NCBI GenBank assembly: GCA_963697455.1
Contig: CAVOOI010000034.1
Coordinates: 10,811 to 34,810, forward strand
Length of the DNA: 24,000 nucleotides
Source of the DNA: an uncultured Pseudomonadota bacterium
GTDB taxonomy: Bacteria; Pseudomonadota; Gammaproteobacteria; Coxiellales; Coxiellaceae
Direction of reading: 5' to 3'
Shown: positions 7,318 through 15,987 of the stretch, in pieces
Position numbering within the stretch: the first letter of the stretch is position 1
Layout: each line of letters opens with the position of its first letter
Notes under the pieces: generated by a model
Databases searched by the model: none
What the model was told of the DNA's origin: nothing
Seen by the model: only the letters and a program-made list of their open reading frames with translations
Position numbers and translations under genes: made by a program

Positions 7318-8601
7318 TTACGAATGTCCATATCTGTGTTTGTAGATTGCTGAACCAAGCAAAGTAACCGCTGTTAAACCCATGCTGCTGTATACTAAAA
7401 GATTCTGGTTGCGGGAAAGCAAACTTTTTTTAGAATGTTGCTGCTGCAACAGCTGTTGCTCGGAGTTATATTTACTTAAGCCTTCATGTAACAGCGCTTT
7501 TTGAGCGTAACTTAGATAGTAAACATGTTTACTTTTAGGAATTTGATCCAAACGCTTAATTTTAAGGATCTTTAACAACTTCTCTTCAGGAATAGATTGT
7601 TTTGTCATTTCGTTATTATTCAACTGAGAATACCAGTTCCAACCTTCTCTATAGATGATGAATTCATTCGCAGCGAACGCAGCGAACTTAAGAGGTTTTT
7701 TGTCTAGCAGAGAAATAGGATAGGCTTTTGGTTTTTTAAAGCTTAATTTTCTTTCTGAAGCAGCTATTCGTTCTTTAGTCTCTGGATGATCAGGCATTTT
7801 TTGGTAATTATCTTGAGAAAGCTGCTCTAGTCTTACTTGATCTTCGTAGGGCAAAAAAATGAGTTCACGTTCATATTTTTCTATTAAATCATTAAGATCT
7901 TTTTGACTTTCAGCTCGCTTTTCTTCAGCAAGCATCTGCAAATAGACACAATTTAATTCAAAATGGAACGGATCGAGCAGATTTAAATTAAACAGCTTGC
8001 TTTCTAAAATAAATTTTGATTTTGCTTCTTTTTCTTTTTCCTCGTATTTGCTTTCCTTGATCGAAAGATAAAGACGAATGGTTCGAAATTCCTGATTATT
8101 GCGATCGCTATCCAGGCATTTATCGAAATATTTTCCGGCTGCAGTTAACTTACCTTGCTTTAAGTAAATAACCGCGATCATTTTGAATATTCTGGGATCC
8201 TGTAAACTGGAATGATAAACGTTTAAAACTCTTAATAATCTCTTCAGCGACAATAAAGCGATATCATATTCACCTAACCAAGTTAATGAAAGCGTGTAAT
8301 TGTAGCAAATTTCAATGTAGAAAACTTGAGCTTTATGATCAAATCGCTTCCCGGAAAAAAATATTTTTTCGTAATCCTCTAGGGCAATTTTAAATAATTG
8401 TGCAGCCTCTTGGTATTTATGTATTTTGCTGGCTTCTAACCCTTTAGAAAAAATTGACTTTAATTCATCAATTTCCTCATGGTAATTAAAAAGTAAATTT
8501 ATTTTAGAAACAAAAACATGAGAAACAGTTGTGGAGAAAAAAGAAGTTAAGAATTGAGTGCTTAACAACACGTCTTTAGAGGTTTCAAAAAGTTCACGCA
8601 T
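7318..8601 (-). CDS. TPR-like protein with a C-terminal transmembrane tail anchor (427 aa)
   Basis: I moved the start from the ORF-track 8685 to the ATG at 8601-8599 ('MRELFETSKD...'). AAGGAG lies 7 nt upstream of that ATG and overlaps the TAA stop of the upstream 1828-aa gene, leaving an 11-nt gap. Helical-repeat segments include 'YQEAAQLFKIALEDYEK' and 'MIAVIYLKQGKLTAAGKYFDKCLD'. The only strongly hydrophobic stretch, 'LLVYSSMGLTAVTLLGSAIY', lies 7 residues from the C-terminus. Confidence 0.8.
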   Translation of the reverse strand: MRELFETSKDVLLSTQFLTSFFSTTVSHVFVSKINLLFNYHEEIDELKSIFSKGLEASKIHKYQEAAQLFKIALEDYEKIFFSGKRFDHKAQVFYIEICYNYTLSLTWLGEYDIALLSLKRLLRVLNVYHSSLQDPRIFKMIAVIYLKQGKLTAAGKYFDKCLDSDRNNQEFRTIRLYLSIKESKYEEKEKEAKSKFILESKLFNLNLLDPFHFELNCVYLQMLAEEKRAESQKDLNDLIEKYERELIFLPYEDQVRLEQLSQDNYQKMPDHPETKERIAASERKLSFKKPKAYPISLLDKKPLKFAAFAANEFIIYREGWNWYSQLNNNEMTKQSIPEEKLLKILKIKRLDQIPKSKHVYYLSYAQKALLHEGLSKYNSEQQLLQQQHSKKSLLSRNQNLLVYSSMGLTAVTLLGSAIYKHRYGHS

Positions 8602-8612
8602 AAATTTACTCC

Positions 8613-11600
8613 TTATGGGGTATAAGTTATTGGGTAGGAATGTGGTTTCTGCACGAAAAGCCTGGAAGATAACGGCTTTGCCCACAAACTTAAACTAATA
8701 CAATGGCCTAATATCTTACCTGAAGTCTCACCCATTGACGAGCGGATGATTTGTGAACACCGATCCTGGATGCTTTGTTCAAATTTATTTAACTCAGCTA
8801 GCTGCTTGGTGTAACCGTTGTCTTTTTCTTCCGGATGTTCGGTTGAAAATTGTTTTTGTTTAGTTTGAGTCAGCAAAATTGCTCTTCTTAGATAAGTCTG
8901 TGCTTTAACAAAATTTTGCATGGCGGATGCGATTTCTGATAAATAGATCAGCGGTTCAGGTTCTTGGGTGTTGATAATGGTTAATTTCTCAAAACTATGC
9001 ATAGAATCACGTAATTTTTGTTGGCTTAAATAAGCCAGTCCTTCGTATTTGAGCGCCAATTCATTTTTAGAATTAAAAGCCAATTCGGTATGACACTTTT
9101 CCAGCAGTTTAGTATAATCCTTACTTTGCAGGTGGATCTGGTATTCGTAAGTCATGTTCTGTTTGATAAGCTCTGAATTTTTAGGCTGTAGGGTCAGCAT
9201 CCTTTGGCATTGCTCTTGAGCTTTACTAAATCGACCTTGCTGCTCCTCTTCTTGCGCGGTTTTACGCAGTAAAAACAGAATGATTTGCTGTTGATTTGAC
9301 GAGCCTTCGTGGTTAATTTCCAAATAATATTTCCAAAGTTGATCAATATCGGGTTTAATTTCCTTAGCCTCTAAGCCCGCAGCCGCCACATTTAATTTTA
9401 ATGAAATGACCCCGGCCCTGAATTCTGCGCTCATGGACTCACCATTGGCTAACAATTGTGTACTCAACTGGTCGGCTTGAAGATATTTTTTCTGTTCGAA
9501 CAAATGTGCTACCTGATAAAAATCTCTTCTCTGTTGATAGAAGGGTTGTTTGTTTAATTGATACGCTTGTTCCGCGGATTGGGAGGCTGCTAAAGATTCA
9601 CCAGCCTTGGCAGCCCGAATCATACTTTTTTCATGGATAAACACCATTTTTTGGGTCCAGTGCTCTTGTTCTTTTTCATCTGTAGCAGCCATAATATCTT
9701 GATAATGTTGAGCAGATTGGTGTTGATCAACCGGCTTGTCATCAGCGGCTAATTGCACGTCTACATTAAACTGGATTTTTTTGAGAAAAATCGCCTGTTG
9801 TGGCTGTAATTGCTGTGATGCTAATTTTTGTTGTAATTTAGACAATTCTGGGTGATTCTTTTCCTCAAGATATTGGCTGCAAAGATACAAGTCGATCCGT
9901 TGTTGACTGCCAATGCCAGGATCAATTTCCGCGATTTTTTGGAGAATAACCAAACCTTCCGGCCAATTTTTCGGTTTGGAATCAGCCGAGCTTTTTACTT
10001 GCCATTGGTCAAAATGATTATCCAGGATATGCTTCACGATTTGAGTGCAATGTTGTTTTTGCTCGGCCGGGACTGTTTTAATCATTTCTCGATAAACGCC
10101 TAAAGGTATTTCAATATCCACCGGCTTGTCAGCAGATAATCCAGCGTAAGCCACCAGGAAAATCTGTTTCAGATTGAATTGCAGTTGCTTATCTAAAGAT
10201 TTGTTCTGTAACAATTGCCCTGATAATTTCTCAGCTTCAGCAAACCGTTTTTCTTCAAGGTAGCGTTGACATTGATAATAACCAATTCGGTCTTGATTTT
10301 TATCTTTGCCGGTATATTGATCTATCTGTTTCAATCCTTCGATAATTGCCCCAAATTCCTTCTTTTTCTCCAGTTCTCCGATTTGCAGGTTATATTCCAT
10401 GGCCGACGCCTTATTTTGTACTGTAGTAGCATTATGGATCAGCTTTACCCCCTGGTATCCGGCATAAACACCCACGGCCGCTATGCCCAGTCCACCCGTT
10501 CCAGCAGCTACGCCTAAAGCAGTCTGAGTACCTCCTGCGGCAATTGCGGAAAAAGTCCAACTGACTCCGGAACCGGCCGCGACCATCCCGGCTTTAACCC
10601 CGGCAACAGTTAATCCCATCTTTGACGCCGCCGTAATACTGATTGAAGTATAAGTAACTAGGTTTTTCAAACCATGATACATTTCATTTTCTGGAAGTTT
10701 TTTCCCTGTAGCCTGCAAATTATATTCATAAATTTTCATGCCTAAAGAAATCATCGACGCCGTCGCCAAGGCGCCTTCTCCGTAGGTTTCTAACGCCGCC
10801 TGCCATCCTGACTGTGAAATAGTTTCGGAGATATTTTTTCCTAAATGAATAGCTGCATCCCAAGATTGTTGAACACTAAAATGAGCAACCATGTCTTTCA
10901 ATTCACTCAAGCCTTTTATTTCTGAAAAAAATGGTTGAGTCATCTGCACGGTTTCTGCCATTAAAGTAGCGCCTTCTAAAGCAAAAGCCGCTTTGGTTAA
11001 CACTTGGTCGTATTCTTTTGAATTAATACTGTTCTGGTACAGTCTGGTAAATTGCACGATCGCCGACATTCCGCCAATCAGATTCGATAAATTCGCAATC
11101 CCTTTTTGCAAAGAAGTCGGTTTTGCCTCGGCTTTTTTTATCCAGCCCGGCTTAACTTTTTCGGCATAATGCGGCAATAATTTATGCGCGATGTCAACGC
11201 CGACTTGAACAACTCGCAAAGCTTTAATAGCGGTTTCATTTTCATCAAAGTGATGTATGGCCATTGGTGTGGCCATTTGAATCAGCGTCAATAATCCGTC
11301 GGCAAATTTAAATTGGGTGGATTGTTTTATAAATTTATCGAGCTCTCCCAGCTTATAAATGGCATAACTGTTACCTTGCAAACTTAAATACAGCTTTCTG
11401 AGTTCTAAATATTGTTTATGCTTAACTAATATATCTTCACATTGGCTGATAACAGCAATATTAGGTTCCAAGTTTAAACTTTTATAATAAAAATTCAGCG
11501 CTGTACCTGGAGCTTTTTCCTTGTAGTATTCACCCAATCTTAACAACACCTCATTCATTTCAATGGAAAGCACTTTCGCATTTTCGATGAATTTGACATA

Positions 11601-14099
11601 GTAACTGACAGCCGCTTCATGATCACCCTGTTGATACTTGATATCCCCCTGAACTTTAAAATCACTCAGTTCGCACGGCTGGTTACAAATAATTTCCCCT
11701 ATAACACCGGCTTCTTTTAGAAGCTTCTGTTCCAAAAGTAAGTCTCGCATCTGGGTTGCGGAACGATAGGCTAAATCATTTTGTTTTTCTAACAGGGTTT
11801 CCAGCAGCTCTACAGAATAAGTCGCATCTCCTTCTTGGCCAATCACAATCTGAAATTTTGCTAATGCCTCATCGTGGTTCCCTAAGCGTACTAACATCAG
11901 TGCTTGGCGGTAATTTAGTTTAGAGGATGGTGATAATTCTTTGGAAACCGCCAAAGCTAATTCATAATGTTTTAGTTGTTCATAACCATTCATTTCCCGG
12001 CTTTTAATCGACTCATCAGCCGGTTTACTGCTGCGTTGTTCCGCATTAAATTGCCGCAATTGTTTAAACCAGCTAGGATTATTTTTAGTCAGCTCTATCA
12101 AGCTGTCATGGTAAACGCTCTCTAACGTATCTAAAATAGTTTGTTCATGAGCCGTTATACCGAAATCAGCTTGCTTCTGTTTGAGCTCATTGATCCCTTT
12201 TAAGCTGAACATTCTGCCTTGAGCTGGGTCTAGGTTATCTAGATAATATCCAGAAATATAAGCGAAACGACCGGGTTCGTCTGGAAATTTATCTATTAAT
12301 TCCGGAATATTGCCAGGGTCGAAGTTCTGTAACCGCTGATAATGATCAGCATAAGTTTGATCTAAGCGCCTGTAACCCTCAAGATCATTCCGCATCAGCG
12401 CTTGCATGCCCTCAATATTTCCAGTGACTGCGGCATAGCGCATTCTAGCCACATATTTGCTATCACGAGGATGCAGATTTAAATAATCATGCAAAGTGCT
12501 ATCCAGCAAATGCAGGTTTCTTCGATTAGGCTTTTGACAATATTTTTCCGCACAACCAAACAGCTCAATTCCGATCTTTTTGGCGGGAGACATCCGCCAA
12601 TATTTACATTGCCGCCAAAGAAAATAAGCCAAGCTGGGTAAATCAATCGCAATGCTGACATTATAATCTTTGACCGGGAAAGAATAACTAGCCTGCCAAT
12701 CTCTTAAGGATATCCGCTGTTCGGGTAAAGATGCACCGGTAACACATTTCGGAACTGGATAATCCTGCAGATAACTTCGATTTCTGTAATCTGCATAATT
12801 TGGTTTGGTAAAAAGAATTTGAATTTTCTGTTCTAGTTTTTCAGTTTTCAGCTCGGTTTTCTTTTCGTCCCCATACCAAACATGTTGATGAGGAGTTTTT
12901 ACCACCACTGGATGGTTTTGCGGGTTAGTTTCAGGTAAAAGAGCAGGAATGTTGCTGGATCCTTCGACACATAATTGTAAATAAAAATCTTTCAAATCCT
13001 TGGTTACTTCATGGGTTTCCATTTGGGGCAATTGCGGCAATGGTGGAGTGGCCATCCAATCTTTTACTGAAGAAACTACCTTCTCGACGACGCCAGCCTG
13101 CGACCAAAGCACGACATAAAGAGGCCCGGGGACAACTACACCCGTGAGTTTTATTAATATTTTTGGAAGTAAATAATAAGCAACCCGATCTGCCACTATA
13201 GTCGATGCGGTTTTGCAGCTTTCCCAAGACGCCTGCTGGAAACCATCAGTTGGATAACTTTTGTAGAAAGTGTTAACGACCGCCAGCGTGTCAACGGCAT
13301 AGCCGAATTTTTCACCCAATTTGGCTGATTTATCAATCAGCGCATTGCGAGCTAGATTTTCCTTTAATTCCCGGCGATAACCTGGTTTGAAAATACTGCG
13401 GTAATAACTATCTTCAGGAATGATAGCTTTGCCGTATTCCAATATTTCATTGGTAAAATCCCAAAAATTAACAAGATCATATAATGGCTCGGTGGGATCG
13501 AGATCCGAACTGGTCGGTAATTTTATTTCCTTGGGGGGTTCTACATTACTAATAAACACCTGCCCAGAACTATGTGCCCGCCGATAATCGGCTATCACTG
13601 CTTTTTCAATTTTTGAAGCCACGTGAGAAGGCACTTCAATAATAATAGGGATGTTGCGACGTTGATAATCTTCGAGTCGGTATTTTAGTTGTATTTTCGA
13701 TAAAGCTTGATTATTTATTTTAATAATTAATTTTATTTCAGAGAAACTTTGGTAATCTTTTGATGAAGGTAGTTCGACGGTTAAACGTGGTCTGAATGGA
13801 TTCTCGTAACAAATCTCATGTAAAGTTTTACCGGATAATTTAGGAGTGACATAGTTGAGAAAATCGTTCAGCTCACCTTTATAAGGTTCGTTTTCTAGCG
13901 ACGATTCCCGCCAATTGAACCCAGGGCGAAGGAAAATTTTTTCATCTAAGCCAGTCGCTGCAGCCCGATATTGAATTAATAATTTGACCGCTGTTTGTAG
14001 TAATGGATCTAAATCTGAATCCATTTTTTTGAAAACTAACGGAACGGCAATATTCAAAGCCGTTTTTAAATCATCACTGATTTGTCCTTGCCTTTGCAT
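8613..14099 (-). CDS. Giant orphan protein (1828 aa): unknown N-terminal region, TPR-like segments, bilobed Gly-rich hydrophobic hairpin, three ~125-aa tandem repeats; candidate membrane-inserting effector
   Basis: 5.5-kb uninterrupted ORF. A strong SD (AAGGAGGAGG) sits immediately upstream of the ATG at 14099, 23 nt after the ubiB stop. TPR-like stretches include 'YRQALMLVRLGNHDEALAKFQ', 'GDIKYQQGDHEAAVSYYVKFIE', 'LGEYYKEKAPGTALNFYYKSLNLEPN' and 'YEGLAYLSQQKLRDSMHSFEKL'. I found no Walker A or other catalytic motif. Confidence 0.9.
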   Translation of the reverse strand: MQRQGQISDDLKTALNIAVPLVFKKMDSDLDPLLQTAVKLLIQYRAAATGLDEKIFLRPGFNWRESSLENEPYKGELNDFLNYVTPKLSGKTLHEICYENPFRPRLTVELPSSKDYQSFSEIKLIIKINNQALSKIQLKYRLEDYQRRNIPIIIEVPSHVASKIEKAVIADYRRAHSSGQVFISNVEPPKEIKLPTSSDLDPTEPLYDLVNFWDFTNEILEYGKAIIPEDSYYRSIFKPGYRRELKENLARNALIDKSAKLGEKFGYAVDTLAVVNTFYKSYPTDGFQQASWESCKTASTIVADRVAYYLLPKILIKLTGVVVPGPLYVVLWSQAGVVEKVVSSVKDWMATPPLPQLPQMETHEVTKDLKDFYLQLCVEGSSNIPALLPETNPQNHPVVVKTPHQHVWYGDEKKTELKTEKLEQKIQILFTKPNYADYRNRSYLQDYPVPKCVTGASLPEQRISLRDWQASYSFPVKDYNVSIAIDLPSLAYFLWRQCKYWRMSPAKKIGIELFGCAEKYCQKPNRRNLHLLDSTLHDYLNLHPRDSKYVARMRYAAVTGNIEGMQALMRNDLEGYRRLDQTYADHYQRLQNFDPGNIPELIDKFPDEPGRFAYISGYYLDNLDPAQGRMFSLKGINELKQKQADFGITAHEQTILDTLESVYHDSLIELTKNNPSWFKQLRQFNAEQRSSKPADESIKSREMNGYEQLKHYELALAVSKELSPSSKLNYRQALMLVRLGNHDEALAKFQIVIGQEGDATYSVELLETLLEKQNDLAYRSATQMRDLLLEQKLLKEAGVIGEIICNQPCELSDFKVQGDIKYQQGDHEAAVSYYVKFIENAKVLSIEMNEVLLRLGEYYKEKAPGTALNFYYKSLNLEPNIAVISQCEDILVKHKQYLELRKLYLSLQGNSYAIYKLGELDKFIKQSTQFKFADGLLTLIQMATPMAIHHFDENETAIKALRVVQVGVDIAHKLLPHYAEKVKPGWIKKAEAKPTSLQKGIANLSNLIGGMSAIVQFTRLYQNSINSKEYDQVLTKAAFALEGATLMAETVQMTQPFFSEIKGLSELKDMVAHFSVQQSWDAAIHLGKNISETISQSGWQAALETYGEGALATASMISLGMKIYEYNLQATGKKLPENEMYHGLKNLVTYTSISITAASKMGLTVAGVKAGMVAAGSGVSWTFSAIAAGGTQTALGVAAGTGGLGIAAVGVYAGYQGVKLIHNATTVQNKASAMEYNLQIGELEKKKEFGAIIEGLKQIDQYTGKDKNQDRIGYYQCQRYLEEKRFAEAEKLSGQLLQNKSLDKQLQFNLKQIFLVAYAGLSADKPVDIEIPLGVYREMIKTVPAEQKQHCTQIVKHILDNHFDQWQVKSSADSKPKNWPEGLVILQKIAEIDPGIGSQQRIDLYLCSQYLEEKNHPELSKLQQKLASQQLQPQQAIFLKKIQFNVDVQLAADDKPVDQHQSAQHYQDIMAATDEKEQEHWTQKMVFIHEKSMIRAAKAGESLAASQSAEQAYQLNKQPFYQQRRDFYQVAHLFEQKKYLQADQLSTQLLANGESMSAEFRAGVISLKLNVAAAGLEAKEIKPDIDQLWKYYLEINHEGSSNQQQIILFLLRKTAQEEEQQGRFSKAQEQCQRMLTLQPKNSELIKQNMTYEYQIHLQSKDYTKLLEKCHTELAFNSKNELALKYEGLAYLSQQKLRDSMHSFEKLTIINTQEPEPLIYLSEIASAMQNFVKAQTYLRRAILLTQTKQKQFSTEHPEEKDNGYTKQLAELNKFEQSIQDRCSQIIRSSMGETSGKILGHCISLSLWAKPLSSRLFVQKPHSYPITYTP

Positions 14100-14122
14100 T
14101 CCTCCTCCTTGTTCAAGTGTTG

Positions 14123-15763
14123 CTAGAGGGGCAGCGCCCAGCTAATAAATGCTAATGCTGCGCCGCAAGCCCAGGGCCACCATGAGTGGTTAACAAACCA
14201 GCCAGTGTCGGCGAAGCTGTTGAGAGCGGCGAGGACCAACAGCGCTACGCCGGCGCCAAAGATAAAATGCCGTCTTCTAGTTTGATAAATAATTCGGTTT
14301 TGCCGTTCGATTAAAGCTTGTACCGGCATATGCTGTTGTTGATGAGTGTATTCTAAAATCGAATGCAGCAGCTTAGGGATCTTAAGTAATTTTTCGGTAT
14401 TTTCGTAACCGTCTTCACGAATAATTTTTGCAAGATTTTTAACGCTGCGTTGCTGACGAATCCAACGCTCCATAAAGGGTTTAGCGGTAGCCCAGATATC
14501 TAACTGCGGGTAAAGCTGACGTCCTAAGCCCTCGATGCTTAATAAAGTTTTTTGCAACAGCAATAATTGCGGTTGCAATTCCATATGAAAACGTTCAGCG
14601 GTAGTAAATAAGCGGAGTAATAATTGGCCGAACGAAATATCCTGCAAAGGTTGTTCGAAGATAGGTTCACAAACCGTACGAATAGCCGCTTCGAATTGAT
14701 CAATCCGAGTTTGCGGCGGCAACCATCCAGATTCCACATGTAAAATCGCCACTTGACGGTAATTTCTATCTAAAAAAGCCAACAGATTTTGGGCTAAATA
14801 ATGATTATCTGAAGGACTCAAGCTGCCCACAATGCCGAAGTCAACCACATTAAATTTCGGATTTTCGGTATCGGTGCAATCGACGAATAAATTGCCAGGA
14901 TGCATGTCGGCGTGGAAAAAATTATCGCGGAACACCTGGGTAAAGAACATTTCCACCCCGTTTTCCGCCAATTTTTTGAAATTACATCCGTGTTCATGCA
15001 GACTTGCTGTATCTGAAATGCGTATACCGTGAATGCGTTCCATGACTAAAACTTGGGTGTGGACATACTCCCAATAAATTTTAGGTACATATAATTGAGA
15101 AGAGTTCAGAAAGTTACGCCGTAACTGCGAGGCATTGGCGGCCTCACGCTGTAGATCTAATTCATCGACAATAGTGCTTTCAAATTCGGCGACTAATTCA
15201 ATCGCATGTAAACGTTTTCCCTGCGACCAGAACCGCTCAGTTAAACGCGCGACTAAATATAATAAAGCGATATCATGGCTGATAATCGTGGTGATTTTAG
15301 GCCGTAATATTTTAACTACCACGCTCTCGCCATTCGGCAGCGTGGCAGCGTGGACTTGCGCAATAGAAGCTGAGGCTAAGGGGACATCTTCAAAGTAGGC
15401 GAAAAGTTTGTTGATTTTCGCCCCTAATGCATTTTCAATCATTTGCCGGGCTTGCTTGCTGGGAAATGGTGGGACCTGATCTTGCAACAAAGCCAGTTCA
15501 TTGGCAATATCCTCGGGCAGCAAGTCACGCCGGGTCGATAACAGTTGTCCAAATTTTACAAATATGGGGCCTAAAGATCCTAGAGCGAAACGAATGGACT
15601 CCCCTCGCGAACGCCCCTTTTTGGCGAGCATGCGCCAAGGATTCAGATAAGCCAATAAACGCACTACTGGGTAGCGTGTTCCAACTACATCAGGGGTAAA
15701 AGTGTAGCGCATTAATACAATGTTGATCTGCAACAATCGGAAAAATTGCGTGACTCTCTTCAT
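14123..15763 (-). CDS. ubiB: UbiB (ABC1/ADCK atypical-kinase family), ubiquinone biosynthesis protein
   Basis: The 546-aa ORF matches the length and motifs of UbiB: 'LGPIFVKFGQLLSTRRDLLPEDIANELALLQDQVPPF', 'ASIAQVHAATL', 'VVVKILRP', 'FFHADMHPGNLFV', 'DFGIVGSL'. It also has two C-terminal hydrophobic helices, as in E. coli UbiB. Confidence 0.95.
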   Translation of the reverse strand: MKRVTQFFRLLQINIVLMRYTFTPDVVGTRYPVVRLLAYLNPWRMLAKKGRSRGESIRFALGSLGPIFVKFGQLLSTRRDLLPEDIANELALLQDQVPPFPSKQARQMIENALGAKINKLFAYFEDVPLASASIAQVHAATLPNGESVVVKILRPKITTIISHDIALLYLVARLTERFWSQGKRLHAIELVAEFESTIVDELDLQREAANASQLRRNFLNSSQLYVPKIYWEYVHTQVLVMERIHGIRISDTASLHEHGCNFKKLAENGVEMFFTQVFRDNFFHADMHPGNLFVDCTDTENPKFNVVDFGIVGSLSPSDNHYLAQNLLAFLDRNYRQVAILHVESGWLPPQTRIDQFEAAIRTVCEPIFEQPLQDISFGQLLLRLFTTAERFHMELQPQLLLLQKTLLSIEGLGRQLYPQLDIWATAKPFMERWIRQQRSVKNLAKIIREDGYENTEKLLKIPKLLHSILEYTHQQQHMPVQALIERQNRIIYQTRRRHFIFGAGVALLVLAALNSFADTGWFVNHSWWPWACGAALAFISWALPL

Positions 15764-15828
15764 TTATCCATATCCATCTCCTGCAATAAAGTCATTTTAT
15801 GCGGATTGGATGTTAAAGTCCAAGGGTC

Positions 15829-15856
15829 AGCAATTCCCGGTGAACCGGGAATTGCT
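15829..15856. repeat. Perfect 12-bp stem / 4-nt loop palindrome (agcaattcccgg-tgaa-ccgggaattgct)
   Basis: I checked the base pairing position by position. It lies in the 224-nt spacer between the stop of the 820-aa gene (15988) and the ubiB start (15763). No U-tract follows on the minus strand, and a weak one (ttcctggtttt) follows on the plus strand. Its function is uncertain: mRNA 3'-end stabiliser, weak terminator or REP-like element. Confidence 0.45.
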
Positions 15857-15869
15857 TCCTGGTTTTGAT

Positions 15870-15898
15870 CCTGAGCCCTGGCAAAGCCAGGACTCAGG
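15870..15898. repeat. 13-bp stem (one C:A mismatch) / 3-nt loop palindrome (cctgagccctggc-aaa-gccaggactcagg)
   Basis: This is the second hairpin, 14 nt from the first. A third, weaker one (gggagtt...aactccc, 15907-15939) follows. The cluster sits immediately downstream of the 820-aa gene on the minus strand. Confidence 0.4.
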
Positions 15899-15987
15899 AA
15901 TGAAGAGGGAGTTCGCTCCGCTCACTCTCTTTAACTCCCATCAGGATATGAAAAATATTTTTAAATTTGCCGTCTCCACTTTACGGT

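Noticed and set aside
13824-13832. 'GKT' tripeptide in the giant protein ('KLSGKTLHE'), and a similar 'KKMGKTALP' in the 933-aa protein, as possible P-loop NTPase (STAND/AAA) signatures.
   Set aside because: Neither has the G-x4-GK[ST] spacing, because there is no Gly at -5. No Walker B-like hhhhD/E follows. They are not credible nucleotide-binding sites.
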